From Tubulanus polymorphus (taxonomy: Eukaryota > Animalia > Nemertea), in contig NC_134036.1 of assembly GCF_964204645.1 (NCBI RefSeq), positions 5,238,600-5,302,599 on the forward strand: a DNA stretch of 64,000 nucleotides, given 5' to 3'. The translations under genes and the position numbers were made by a program. Shown here piece by piece: positions 1 to 12,316 of this stretch (within the stretch, counting starts at the first letter, position 1; every line of letters begins with the position of its first letter). The notes under the pieces were generated by a model. The model ran no database searches. It saw only the letters and a list, made by a program, of their open reading frames with translations, and was not told where the DNA came from.

Positions 1-1707
1 TGTTAAACCAGAGTGTCCACAATCAATAAAATAACCCTGACAGTTACAGCCTCGAGGACACGTGGTGCTACAGAAAGCCTCGTCATCAATTGTATGCTTG
101 CAATTCATGACACCATCGCAAACTTCAGTTTGAGGAATACAACGATTTTCCTGACCACATTTAAACATTCCCGGACATGAAAATCTCTCGCAGTTAAGTT
201 CATCTTCTGAATTAGGACAATCTGAATGACCATCGCACACCTGTCTGATCGGTATACAGTACGATGCAGGACATTTTACAGTACCAGCTGGACATTCAAA
301 TTCTTCACATCTCAATACGTGCTCAAGATTTCGACAAACTGGGAAACCATTCGTCATTCTCTCTAAAATACATCTGTTTCGTCTTGAATAACAATGAGGA
401 GAATTGAAAGAACATCTTTGTTCATCAGATTCTGTACAGAGATTTGTGAAGTTAGTCGTACAGTTGTTTTCATCGTTGCACTGAACAGTAGGATTTACTG
501 TAACGTTAGTAGTTGTTACTAATTCATCTTCTTCAAGGCTTCCACTACAATCCACGACACCATCCCGATACAAGTGAGAACTGATGCAATCTCCGCTGTT
601 ACACAAGAACCCCTGACACAGTTGAGCAGGACATCCCATTTCATCAGAGCCGTCTTCACAATTAGTGAATCCATCACATCTGTTGGATACGCTGATACAT
701 TGTCCACTGTTGCAGCGAAATTGCTTGGACAAACACGGGGGATGAATACAAGAGTTCTCATCAGAACTATCCACACAATCCTGTATGAAATCACAGAATC
801 CACTGATTGATATAACGTGACCATCATTGCATTGAAACTGACTGTGTAAATTTATATCCGTACAATTAAGTTCATCGTCACCGTGTTGACAGTCGTGTTT
901 AGTGTCACATACGCGATGGTCACTGATACATCTTTGATCGTTACATTTAAACTGCCACGATTTACAACCGCTTATAGAAGCTAACTCTTCATCAGTTACA
1001 TTGTATGAACACAAAACAGAATGCACTGTATCTGATTGATTATGCCAGGCTATCAATGCCCAATTAACTGATTGGTTATATGTTATTTCATTCCTGGTAA
1101 CAATTGGTTTTATTGTTCTCCAAAGGTTCCTAGAATCCTTACTTAGAATAGCGCCATATTGGTGCTGATATTGAAATCTGCTAATCAACTTTCCAACGTG
1201 ACTCAGATCCTGCATCTTCCCCATTCCACCACGGATGCTTTGACACATTTTTCTTGCACTTTTTACATCTGAGCTTTGATGTTTGTTCCAATCGGTCAAT
1301 ATCTGATAACATTTTCCAGCTATACCTAGCCAACCTATAATACAAGTTGAATTCATTAAAGAATTATTTAAAATGTGTGGTTTATTAGCTCGGAGTGTCT
1401 CATTATTTGTTGAATTGCTTTCTATTCCAGTTATATTTTTATTGATGTCGATTCTTTCTGTTTCGCAAATGAAACTCGTGTGAACCTCTTCGATTTCGCA
1501 GGGGAATCGAACCCAGTTCGCTGATCCTCGTGGATTATTCAGTATCATCGCTGTACACGGCATATTGACGTCGTTTATCGGTTGTTTCCTGAGAGGAGAT
1601 ATCAATCCTTGCATAACTTCTGGTATCGTGTCGTTATTTGTAGGTTCATACCACTCTGTGTAGCTCATTGGTTTTCCATCAGTCCACGTGTAATGACCAG
1701 TCCCAGG
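1..1707 (-). CDS. GRL101-like LGR GPCR copy 1, coding exon 3, truncated by the window start (C-type lectin C-half, lectin-like domain, LDLa repeats, LRRNT)
   Basis: Hand translation is open from acceptor TTTTCAG (intron 1708-1784) to base 1: PGTGHYTWTDGKPMSYTEW...CKSWQFKC...CPRGCNCQGYFIDCGHSGLT. Collinear with exon 3 of copies 2 and 3. Probably absent from the ORF track because no stop lies in the window. Confidence 0.9.
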
Positions 1708-1784
1708 CTGAAAAGTTAACTACAGTCATTTAGCAATGTGTACAATTCACATTTACTGCGGTATGGCCTAAAATGAAATACTAC

Positions 1785-3143
1785 CTGCAGTTTTAATCCA
1801 ATCATCATCATGAGCGCCTTCTGTGAATACGCTTCGTAGATCAGAGGTTTCATAGCGAATAACCTTTTAATGTTAATCACTTCCTGTTCTGAGTTGATAC
1901 TGAGTAGATGTCCCGCGTACTTCTGTTTACAATACAATTCAGCATTCTCCCAATTCAGTCGTCTATCTGTGATGTATTTTACGCATGAAATTCCCGAATC
2001 TAGGAATCCCGATTTGCATGTATTTTCAACCTGTTTTATTGGTAACTGCTGTTCTAGAACGTATTGTATGCGATATTTTGGTAGTCGGTCTATCACCTCA
2101 AACTGCATCCTACCCGAATGAAAGCTATAAAACGTAGTTCCCAGTTCAGCAAACGTATCACATAGTCTGATTACGTGTCTGGCACTGCGGCTCCGGTAAT
2201 ATACTTGCTGGATGAATGTGACGGAATCCAGTTTGTATACGGATTCCTTGATGCAGGACGTTTTGTCCATTGTCTTGATGACGAATCGGTAAAAGTAAAT
2301 TATTTCTGGCCATGTTGTCCACTGGAACACGATCGAGTATTGCAATGTAACAGTTGAAATTCCAGCTATTCCTGGATAATTCGGCGACTGCACGATTCCA
2401 CAGTCACCTTCACCTCGCCTTACCTCTCCTAAGATATCCTTCTTTAATGTTTGGCAGACACGCCGCAACTCAACAATGTACAGGGATCTAAAAAATAAGT
2501 CTGCCTTCCGGAATGTGACAGTGTGCAGTATGAGACTGCTATTGAGACGCTGAATACTGAGAGGCATGTCTGATCTACATTTTGCGATAATTACGTATGT
2601 CATAAAATCAGGCACGCACCCGCCAATTTCATATTCGTGCTGTGATATGACGTAAATTATGCGCAATGGAACTGCTCGGTTTTCTTGTGTAATCCTGAAA
2701 CAGCGTGACGTCTTTGGCACTGTCACTCGGTGTTCTCCTTCTCGTAGAGTATAACCGTCACAATCAGTCATACGAAACTTTAAACTTGCGTCCTTCATAT
2801 TGTGAACCATGTTCTTGGCTTGACAGTTATGAGTATAGCCTACTACAATGACCGGACCGCCCGATGTAATCAGACTGACGACTTTTCGTCGATAAACCCA
2901 TGTATCAGGACAATACGGACCGTATCGTCTAGCCGTGAAATTACCACCGTCATATATGTAAAATCCAGCATTTTCACAATTCGCGGACACCACCGTTAAT
3001 TCAAGTTCATGTTCATAGATCTCTACTTTCCATTTGAATTCGTGCATTATGACTCGATAATTCAATGTCCTCGACGCACATGGGAGCAGCATGGAATGTT
3101 GGAGGGAAGTTGGCAGGAAAACCATCCCTTCGTTGGGAATTAT
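1785..3143 (-). CDS. GRL101-like GPCR copy 1, coding exon 2 (CUB-like domains plus N-half of C-type lectin)
   Basis: ORF 1716..3125. Acceptor ATACTTTAG at 3144, donor CAG|GTAGTA at 1784. Motifs GFYIYDGG..YGPYC, CGIVQSPNYPG, NWENAELYC...GHLLSINS..E...IGL. Confidence 0.88.
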
Positions 3144-3798
3144 CTAAAGTATATTTAGGATAAGATTTTGGATAATTTAGTGATTTTGAGAGAAGGCCAC
3201 GCAAATAATCCCCTCGTTTCTCATCAGCGCTTTTTGGAAAAGTGACGAGGGAAGCAGGTCTTAATATTTACTTTTCGTATAAAAACAGAGAAATAAAAAG
3301 CTTTATTTCTAATTTCAAAAGTGACATATTCGTTTTTTTCCTATTCTCTACATCTACTTGGGACATTTTTGACGTAAACGACCTTGAATCAGGGCGTAAA
3401 GCCGAAGTAACAATTGAGTAGCGACCGTAAGACAAACACATATGTATAGGGGTATCTTGTTGTCCTTTGGGATGCACGGCGCAGTTTTTTACTTTTAAAA
3501 GAAATTAGAAACGAAAGCAGATTTCTGCATGCATGCGGAATGCGCATTTTCAAAGATTTTTGTCATTCGAAGATGACGCTCGCGGATAATGAGGCTGATG
3601 AGGCACGGGAGCTATATATTTTTGCGTGGCCTAAGAAATAATTGATTTCAGACATAGTCTGCGAACCCTAGACTTTGAATCTGAGGCCATCAATTATATG
3701 TCATTTTTGGGCCGCCTACCTTCATGTTATAAACTTTTGGGATTTTCGATTTCTTTCTGAAGTCTATTCTTTCTGAAGTCATTCAATGTTATACTCAC

Positions 3799-5034
3799 CG
3801 GATTATAGCTGACGCGTACATCTTCTACCGAAAGCGATTCCATTTTATAGTCTACTTCTATACGAGATTTTGTTGATTCTTGTCCCGTCAGAACGCACAG
3901 TACGACGATAAAACCGTCAGATTTAACATTCAGCGATTCCAGGTAGTTGTAACCGAGTAAAATATCAGTTCCTACAACGCGTAACCCTTCTTGTTTATAT
4001 ACGCCAATGACGTCACCGGATGTGACGAGATCACGCGTCCAGTTAAAGACGACGTACTGTAACACCTGCACTGTGATAGACCAGCAGTGAAAGTGTTTTG
4101 ATCGGGATATTACGTGTAAACTGTTGTCATCGGGAATGAGCACTCCCGACTCGTTATAAGAGATCTGAATCAACGGATTAGAGACGTTCCAATCTGATAC
4201 TTTATACATCTGAACTAAAAGTATAATCGTTGTCTTCCATAGACCCGATGTAGATATCGAGAATTTGTTTGTTTTAGTATAAAACGATGCCGGCTGTTGT
4301 CCGCGTTGTCCACCTAGAAGCGCTATCGGCTCACTGTTGGTATTCCAGCCATCATAGATACGAAATCCCGCCGCTGGATCGAGACGCAGGAAATAAGGGA
4401 GTATACGGTCAAACTCAACGAAGGTCAAATTCATTGCAAAACCTTTAGGTATGTCGTTCCATTCGAAAAACACATGACATTGATAAAAAAGGAACATCGT
4501 GAATTTGTGTCCGGTCGATGTTTTTAAATCAGTCACTCCAAATCTCCATCTATCGCAGTCGTGACTGATTTTCAATCGGCTTCGTCTTTCATAACGATAT
4601 ATGATATAAACCCGACTACCTCGCGCATCGTGGATGTTACTCCTAAACATCAACGAGATCGGATCTTTACGACGCATTTCATGTTTTCCATCGCCGCAGA
4701 ATCTGTTATCAGACTCGTGGACGAGAAGGTAGTTATCACTACAGAATATTGACGGCTCGATGTCGTAGTAAACTTGGACGTGAAACGTTTCCGGTAAAGA
4801 GCTGTTGATGAACCAACGACATTCAACACCGCGCGTTAACGAAGGGTAATTCGGCGAAACGATGTAACCGGACATAGAATCTACGGGGTACCACGTGTTG
4901 TTACAAGACGAACTCACCGTCACAGACGATTCCTCGATAGAGTCGGCTCGATCAGCGCGCGCGATGCGAACTTGACAGACGATCAGCGACGTTATAAACA
5001 GCGCTCTCAGTCGCTGCTCCATACCGAACAACAT
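3799..5034 (-). CDS. GRL101-like GPCR copy 1, coding exon 1 (signal peptide plus CUB domains)
   Basis: ORF 3727..5073. ATG at 5034 (or 5022, MEQRLRALF...). CUB motif SGYIVSPNYP..CRWFI. Canonical donor CCG|GTGAGT at 3798, 655-bp intron. Confidence 0.85.
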
Positions 5035-5079
5035 CACTGCGGTAGAATGAACGAAATTCTTGTCATCGTACACTGTCGG

Positions 5080-7140
5080 TTATTGGTCAGACCAAGATCC
5101 AACATCATCAAATCAGAAAATTCACTCCGCCGAGTCTGTAATTCTTCATATATTTTCAGTAAAAATACATTCGTTGTAAATTCAACCTCAAGAAAAAATA
5201 ACACAACCGAATGAAGATATTCTTGATTTTCGCAGTTTTTCTAGTTTTAGTTTGTTCATTCATTCATTCTATTTGTTGCGTTCATCTGGTCATCAAACCT
5301 CATGAACTCAAAACAACCGAGTTTTACCCGAACAGAAATATTCAAATCCGAATTTCCGATAAAATCTTCACTTAGAATAAATAGATACCGGCATATTATT
5401 TCTGCATGTTGATCGCGAACGTTATAAAAGTCAGATCATCGATATCAAATAAGAAATGAAATTGATTTTGTTTTTGTAAGCGTAATCATAAACAATTCGA
5501 ATCTATAACTGCGTATAGCCCTACAATAAATCTCATTGAACGAATATCTCTGAAATAAGGCTCATCGAGTTCCGTTGGGACAAAAGATTAGAAATTTCAA
5601 TTCGACGATTCTAACCATACACACTGTTTATGCATGTAGTAAATTAGCTCGAAGTGTGTCGCATATATTTTGGCGCATCTGAGTTCCGTAGATTTATCTC
5701 GAGTCTATTAGTTTGTTGTCTGAACAATCTTCAAACAACGACACTGAATTGTATTAGGATTTGATAGAGACTGACTGATCGGTATAGATTAAAGATTTTG
5801 CGTTGAAAAATATATTCAAATTTAAATACCTGCATAATTGATATTTCGCCTCAATGTTTGTCGAAATTAGTTTTGAGATGTCTCATCGACGAAATCGGCA
5901 CAATTCTCTGGATTTACAGCTAGGTTTATAGGTTATGAGCATGAAATATATTGCATATCTTAGCGTATTCTAGAATCGCGTGTAACCGAGAGAGATGCTG
6001 AATAGATTTCGCAGCAATGCGTGTATATTGTTAAACGCCTCGAGGCAGTTACTGTAAAAACGGTCTAAACATTTCTGTACACGACAGCGGTTTTCAGTAT
6101 ATATCATGTATACCCGTGTGGATCAAATATATTCCGTTGATTTCGTGCTCTTTGGTCCTATTTGAAACAAGCATCTTAACTCTATCGCAATCGTTATTCA
6201 GATGATCGAACTAATTTATCTATAGGTGTCACGTAATTATAAATGACAACACTGCTTCTAAAGATTCTAAAGAGAATTTTAAATCTGCTAGGTTTTAGTG
6301 ATTGAAAATGTGATGGACATCTATTTATTATTTTTGGAGTAGATTCAGAAAAGACTAATATCACCAGGTATCTCAGCTATACCTAATAAAACATTGAATT
6401 ATTCGAACTTGTTTTTTTCAGATCTGTCATTCCTCACGTTCTCGTAATCAGGAACTGATTTCTGTCAATACCGCGCGGACAATCAAACGAACACTTTTGA
6501 ATCCCGACGTTTCGAATTATTCCACGAGACTCCGCTCAGAAATTTCTGGTGGATAGATTTATTGTTGTTTGGTCCACTGGATATACACAGCCGATATTTT
6601 GACAGTAGGAAAAACGTGCTGAAATAAATGTGGAAATTCTTCAGCTGTTAGACATTTGGAAGTACTGGGGAAATGAAAAACACCTCCATTGATTTTCCCC
6701 ATGTTACTAATCGATGCTTGACCTTGATTATTTTAATGATAATGACGTCACAGGGAGAGTCAAAACGCATCCAAGTTATTGAACCAAAAAGTGCCAATGA
6801 TACCATTACCATATATAACATAATAATTGAACATGTTACCTTACAGTGGTGTTGTGCACAAAGATTTCATTTGTATGCGTTATCGCTAAGTCCGCCAGGA
6901 AAAGGCTCCGACCCGAGTCTCCTTTATTGTAAAACCGGACTTCGTATTGGGGGAGACATTTTCTTTTTTCGCAGCGAAATTCCAGTAATTCCCGTGTACG
7001 CGCCAACTCAAAAACCGTTTGAGATAATTTCGTGATATCTATTGAACCTGTTTTTGAGGAATTCTCCGAATCATGATGGCCGGTATATGACCTACTTTTT
7101 GAGGATACCGTGTCTTCATCTTTTAAATAATTTTTCTTCT
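5080..7140. repeat. Duplicated upstream/5'UTR block of the GPCR unit (homologous to 15020-17230, 24660-27200 and 30560-31950)
   Basis: Shared anchors such as AAACGCCTCGAGGCAGTTACTGTA, TTTCAGATxxGTCATTCCTCAC and CCACTGGATATACACAGC. Confidence 0.85.
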
Positions 7141-9001
7141 TTCTTTTCATAAGATAAGTATCGACTAATGATATTCTGACATGTTGCATAATGACTGAAT
7201 GACTGCCATGTAAAATGTTCTTGATTATTTTTTATTCGTATTTTTATTTTCGTTGATTTTGCGAAGTCGCCGAAAAGTCAACGTATAAGGAATTGTAATC
7301 AAAAATAGTTATTTCCTATCGATTAATTAGACCTGTATTTTCAAGCGTGTGTCAAAGATTATCATTAGTTCGATCCATCATTAAATCATTCGCTGGAAAT
7401 TCTCCGAGAAAGCGATTGAATAATAGTTTTCTTGATGGCAAAATTTTTTCCGTAAAACATATTCATGGTTAGAAATGTTTTCTTTGAATTGCGTAGTCCC
7501 AGAAAACTCTACAGCCCTTTCGCTGTTTGTGCGATTGCAGCGCCCCGTACGTACCGTATTTTCAAAAAACCATATTTTTCTGATTGTTTTAAACTGAGCA
7601 TTTAGGTTTTGTATCTAAAATAAATATCAGAGCAATCTTCGATCGAAAGTCTTCACATAGCCCATAGGGCAGGATTGAGTGGGGAAAGGGCCAGGCTGGT
7701 AAATTTTCTATCGTTATATTTGAAATGCTTATTCCTTTCATTTTGAAATGCTTATTCCTTTCATAAATGTCACAATTTGGATGAATGAGAATCTTCATAA
7801 CATGATTATTACAATAATATCATAACTAAGACCGCAAAGAACTATTCATTATAATGGTTTTTGCAAAAAAACATGCTTTTCAGAAGCAATTTTATCAAAT
7901 TTCGTCTTTGTCTGACGATGTGCTTAGCCGACTAACGGCGCCTACTACCAGCCGCTGGCGCCATCTGTAGTTTAGAAGCGAGACAAAATGTCTCTCGTCT
8001 CACTGCGCGTTCACGCTAATAGTTTATAGGTGAATGACGTTTTACAAACGTCATATGCACAGCTGGTGTCACTCACATGACGTTACCAAAACGTCACGCG
8101 CAGCAAAAGGGATAGCAAATAGCTAACAATATGAGCGCAGTGCCCAGTTGCACGAATAAGACAAGCTCGAAATTCTTATTTTAAAATCTTACAATTTGTT
8201 GAACAGATTTTTGTTTACTCATTACAATTACGTGTTTTAAACATGTACGTTACAATCTACAACCAAAATAGGCAATAATTCTACATTAGAATAGGTATGA
8301 AAATAATAACAATTAGTGAATAACCAGCAGAACAGTTTAAGTTTCCGATAAAACACACTTTATATTCAGAATATTTAAAAAGCACTATGGGATTTTCTAT
8401 GATTTCATACAATAACAGCGTTCGAGATTTAAACTAATAGCTGTAATAGCTACAGGGGTATAGGTTAGTACCGTGGTAGAGTCTTTATGTAAGCATTACA
8501 TTTTAGTCTGTGCTGGTGTAGGATGGACATGTCTACTGAGGCAGGGTTTCCTAACGGGCCGAAGTCTCGCGATACCTTCATCTCAGCAAGAATCGGTTCG
8601 ATTTATCATTATGTTCAGGAGTTTACCACTGATCGGGGGACTCAACCCTTAAGTCATTCGCCGAATTCTCACATTTTCCAGAATTTTCGACGAAATCATA
8701 GAAAATAATACTTTCATCTCAATTTCATGAAATGATAATGCTGACGAATACACTCGTTAGAACTTTAACGCGCATCCCGTTTCCGTGTAGGAGAATGTAA
8801 GGAATCTGACCTATGATTGTTTGAATCTGTAGGAGTAACTGTCAGTTAGACCTGATAGTTGTAGCCCGGTTGCTATTTTATTTCTAGATACATGTATATC
8901 CATTTTAGATATTGACACTATATCGGTGTTTTAAAAATTATACTGAATTACCCCCGACCAAAAGGTGAAGTTGAAACGTCGTGCTGATACACTATTTATC
9001 T

Positions 9002-12000
9002 TTATACTCTATTTCTCCTGCGTTTAGTTTTTGCTCGTATGGATTTCATATCGATAGTCAGTATTGTGTAAAGAAGGGGGTTGAGGGACGAGTTGATCGG
9101 TAAGAAAAGAACCGCCAGCCAAGCCGCCACCTGATTCGGTATTTCTACCCGTAATACCGCGCAAAACTGAACGAGAATTAACGGCAGCCAGCAAAATAAA
9201 TTACACAGATTTATCACTAAACTCCTTCGTGCAAGAATCAGTTCTGTAGGGTCGATTCTTCCCGAACCAGACCTGCTTCCAGATACGAGTCTATACATTT
9301 GAACATAAGTCCCCATTATTGTTGCAAGCATTAACGAGTTGGATAATGAAAAAATAGCGAATGAATATTGCCAGGCGTTGACATCAATTGAAATTAAATT
9401 CATCGGTAAACAAACTCCGGTTGTACCGTAGAAATTACCTCCAAAGTATTGAAATGGTGTAAGAGGTAGTAATACAATGACACACAAGACAATCCAACAT
9501 GTGCAACAAATAATGCACACATATCTAAGAGATGTAATCGGGCTTCCAGAAAATGGATTCACGATATTTGAGAACCTATGACGCGTCATGACGAGCAAAA
9601 ATAATAACGACCCTTCACAGGAAATAGTTACCACTACTCCAGCAAGTCGACAAGATCCACTGTCCGTCCATGATTCCGAATTCAGAAAGTAGATACCTTT
9701 ATAAATATAATCGGCTCCAGCGATCAGAAATAAATACATAGACATCATAAAATCACACACAGCAATATTAATGATGATGATGTCTGAAGATGGATTTGAG
9801 GACGAAAATCGAATAGCTTTAACGCGAAGAGAAATGACAATTCCGTTAGCGATGGAACTGAATGAAGCGATAACCCAGATGATAGCTCTGAGGACTGTGT
9901 TACCCATCAGATCAGAACAGGAGGAAAATTGATCAGCTTCGGGAAGGCACTGGTCAACATTCGGAGCCATGCAGCAGAATTTATAAGCATCAGACATTAA
10001 AGTGACTAATGATGTCAGATTGTTGAAAACATTTCTGTCAACAGAAATAACTTTGTAGTTGTTAGTTAGATCAAGAATTGCAAGTGAAGTTAATCCAGAA
10101 AATGCGTATCGTGAAATAAGATTGATTCTATTATTGCTGATATTCAACAACTGTAGTTTATATAAACCCCTGAAAACATTCCTACCAAGTGTGAGCATCC
10201 TAAGTTCACGAAGTTCAAGAACTTTTAGTGACTTCAAATCTTGAAAGGTATCGCCCTCTAGATCACGTAGAGGATTTTCAGTAATCAATAACACCTTCAA
10301 ACTATATAAACCGGTGAATGTATTTGTAGATAACGATGTGATGTTGTTATATGTAAGGTCTAATGTATGTAGATTATGCAGGTTTGAGAAAGAGTTTGGG
10401 AAAATATAAGACAAATGATTTGATGAGATATTGAGCATGCGCAAATAGACGTATGAAAACAATGTCGACATGTCCAAGATGATTTTGTTATTTGACAAAA
10501 CTAAAACTCGAGTTGTTGCCGAGAAAAAACCAGTAATATTTCTTAAACCAGTTTTGATGCAATCGACCGAATGACCTTGGCACTTACAAGCTCTAGGACA
10601 CGTGACGTTACAGAAAGCCTCGTCATCAGTTGTGTGTTTACAATTTATGACACCATCGCAAACTTCAGATTGTGGAATACATCGATTTTCCTGACCACAT
10701 TTAAACATTCCTGGACATGAAAATGTCTCACAGTTTTGTTCATCTTCTGAATTAGGACAATCGGACTGACCATCGCACACCTGCCTGATTGGTATACAGT
10801 ACGATGCTGGACATTTTGCAGTACCAGCTGGACATTCAAATTCTTCACATCTCAATACGTGCTCTAGATTTCTACAGACTGGGAAACCATTTGTCATTCT
10901 TTCTAGAATACATCTGTCACGTCTTGAATAACAATGAAGAGAATTGAATGAACATCTTTGTTTATCAGATTCCGTACAGAGATTTGTGAAGTTAGTCGTA
11001 CAATAATTTTCATCATTGCACTGAACGGTAGGATTTACTGTAACATTAGTTGTTGTTACTAATTCATCTTCTTCAAGGCTTCCACTACAATCCACGACAC
11101 CATCCTGATACAACTGAGAACTGATACAGTCTCCACTGTTACACAGGAATCCTTGACACATTTCAGCTGAACATTCAATTTCATCAGAGCCGTCCTTACA
11201 ATTAGTGACTCCATCACATCTAGTAGACCTACTGACACACTGACCACTTTTACAGTGAAATTGTCCGGACAAACACGGGGGATGAATACACGAGTTCTCA
11301 TCAGAACCATCAACACAATCCCGTATGAAATCACAGAAACCACTTATAGATATGACCTGACCATCATCGCATTGAAACTGACTGTGTATATCCGTACAAT
11401 TGAGTTCATCTTCACCGTGTTGACAGTCGTGTCTGGTATCACACACGCGATGGTCGCTGATACATCTTTGATTGTTACATTTAAACTGCCACGATTTACA
11501 ACCGCTTATAGAAGCTAACTCTTCATCAGTTACATTGTAGGAACACAAAACAGAATGCGCTGTATCTGATTGATTATTCCAGGGTATCAATGCCCATTTA
11601 ACAGAATGATCATTAGTTATTTCAGCCCTGGAAACAATTGGTTTTATTGTCCTCCATAGATTACTAGAATCCTTACTTAGAATAGCGCCATATTGGTGTT
11701 GATAATGAAATATGCTAAGCAACTTTTCAACAAGAAGCAGATCCTGCATCCTCCCCATTCCACCATGGATGTTACGACACATTTTTCGTGCTCTTTTTAC
11801 ATCTAAGCTTTGGTGTTTGTTCCAATCGGTCAATATCTGATAACATTTCCCAGCTATACCTAGCCAACCTATTATACAAGTTGAATTCATTGTAAAATTA
11901 TCCAAAATGTATTGTTTATTATCGAGGAGTGTCACATTATTTGTTGAATTGCTTTCTATTCCAGATATATCTTTATTGATGCCGATTCTTTCTGTTTCGC

Positions 12001-12241
12001 AAATGAAACTCGTGTGAACTTCAACCATTTCGCAGGGGAATCGAACCCAGTTCGCTGATCCTCGTGGATTATTCAGAACCATCGCCGTACACGGCATATT
12101 GACGTCACTTATCGGTTGTTTTCTCATAGAAGATATCAACCCTTGAATAACTTCCGGTATCGTGTCGTTTTTCGTCGGTTTATACCACTCTGTGTAGCTC
12201 AATGGTTTCCCATCAGTCCACGTGTAATAACCAGTCTTAGG
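9002..12241 (-). CDS. GRL101-like LGR GPCR copy 2, coding exon 3 (lectin, LDLa repeats, LRRs, hinge, 7TM)
   Basis: ORF 9002..12202 extended to acceptor CTTTTCAG at 12242. LDLa (CDG..NC.DGSDE), LRRNT CPRACKC, LRRs, LGR hinge CCMAP..C.PEADQFSSCSDLM, seven hydrophobic segments with CWLP and NPLLY. Confidence 0.95.
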   Translation of the reverse strand, partial: PKTGYYTWTDGKPLSYTEWYKPTKNDTIPEVIQGLISSMRKQPISDVNMPCTAMVLNNPRGSANWVRFPCEMVEVHTSFICETERIGINKDISGIESNSTNNVTLLDNKQYILDNFTMNSTCIIGWLGIAGKCYQILTDWNKHQSLDVKRARKMCRNIHGGMGRMQDLLLVEKLLSIFHYQHQYGAILSKDSSNLWRTIKPIVSRAEITNDHSVKWALIPWNNQSDTAHSVLCSYNVTDEELASISGCKSWQFKCNNQRCISDHRVCDTRHDCQHGEDELNCTDIHSQFQCDDGQVISISGFCDFIRDCVDGSDENSCIHPPCLSGQFHCKSGQCVSRSTRCDGVTNCKDGSDEIECSAEMCQGFLCNSGDCISSQLYQDGVVDCSGSLEEDELVTTTNVTVNPTVQCNDENYCTTNFTNLCTESDKQRCSFNSLHCYSRRDRCILERMTNGFPVCRNLEHVLRCEEFECPAGTAKCPASYCIPIRQVCDGQSDCPNSEDEQNCETFSCPGMFKCGQENRCIPQSEVCDGVINCKHTTDDEAFCNVTCPRACKCQGHSVDCIKTGLRNITGFFSATTRVLVLSNNKIILDMSTLFSYVYLRMLNISSNHLSYIFPNSFSNLHNLHTLDLTYNNITSLSTNTFTGLYSLKVLLITENPLRDLEGDTFQDLKSLKVLELRELRMLTLGRNVFRGLYKLQLLNISNNRINLISRYAFSGLTSLAILDLTNNYKVISVDRNVFNNLTSLVTLMSDAYKFCCMAPNVDQCLPEADQFSSCSDLMGNTVLRAIIWVIASFSSIANGIVISLRVKAIRFSSSNPSSDIIIINIAVCDFMMSMYLFLIAGADYIYKGIYFLNSESWTDSGSCRLAGVVVTISCEGSLLFLLVMTRHRFSNIVNPFSGSPITSLRYVCIICCTCWIVLCVIVLLPLTPFQYFGGNFYGTTGVCLPMNLISIDVNAWQYSFAIFSLSNSLMLATIMGTYVQMYRLVSGSRSGSGRIDPTELILARRSLVINLCNLFCWLPLILVQFCAVLRVEIPNQVAAWLAVLFLPINSSLNPLLYTILTIDMKSIRAKTKRRRNRV

Positions 12242-12316
12242 CTGAAAAGATAAATTCAGTCAATTAGCAATGCGTACAATTCTCAATTAGTGTTGTGACC
12301 TAAAACAAGATACTAC

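Noticed and set aside
519-827. Recurrent 94-102-aa ORFs (also 11059-11343 and 20513-20797) and antisense ORFs over the receptors
   Set aside because: Off-frame or antisense shadows of the conserved LDLa/lectin coding sequence.
1-1707. Copy 1 as a pseudogene because no long ORF is listed
   Set aside because: The frame is open to the window edge; it is simply truncated.
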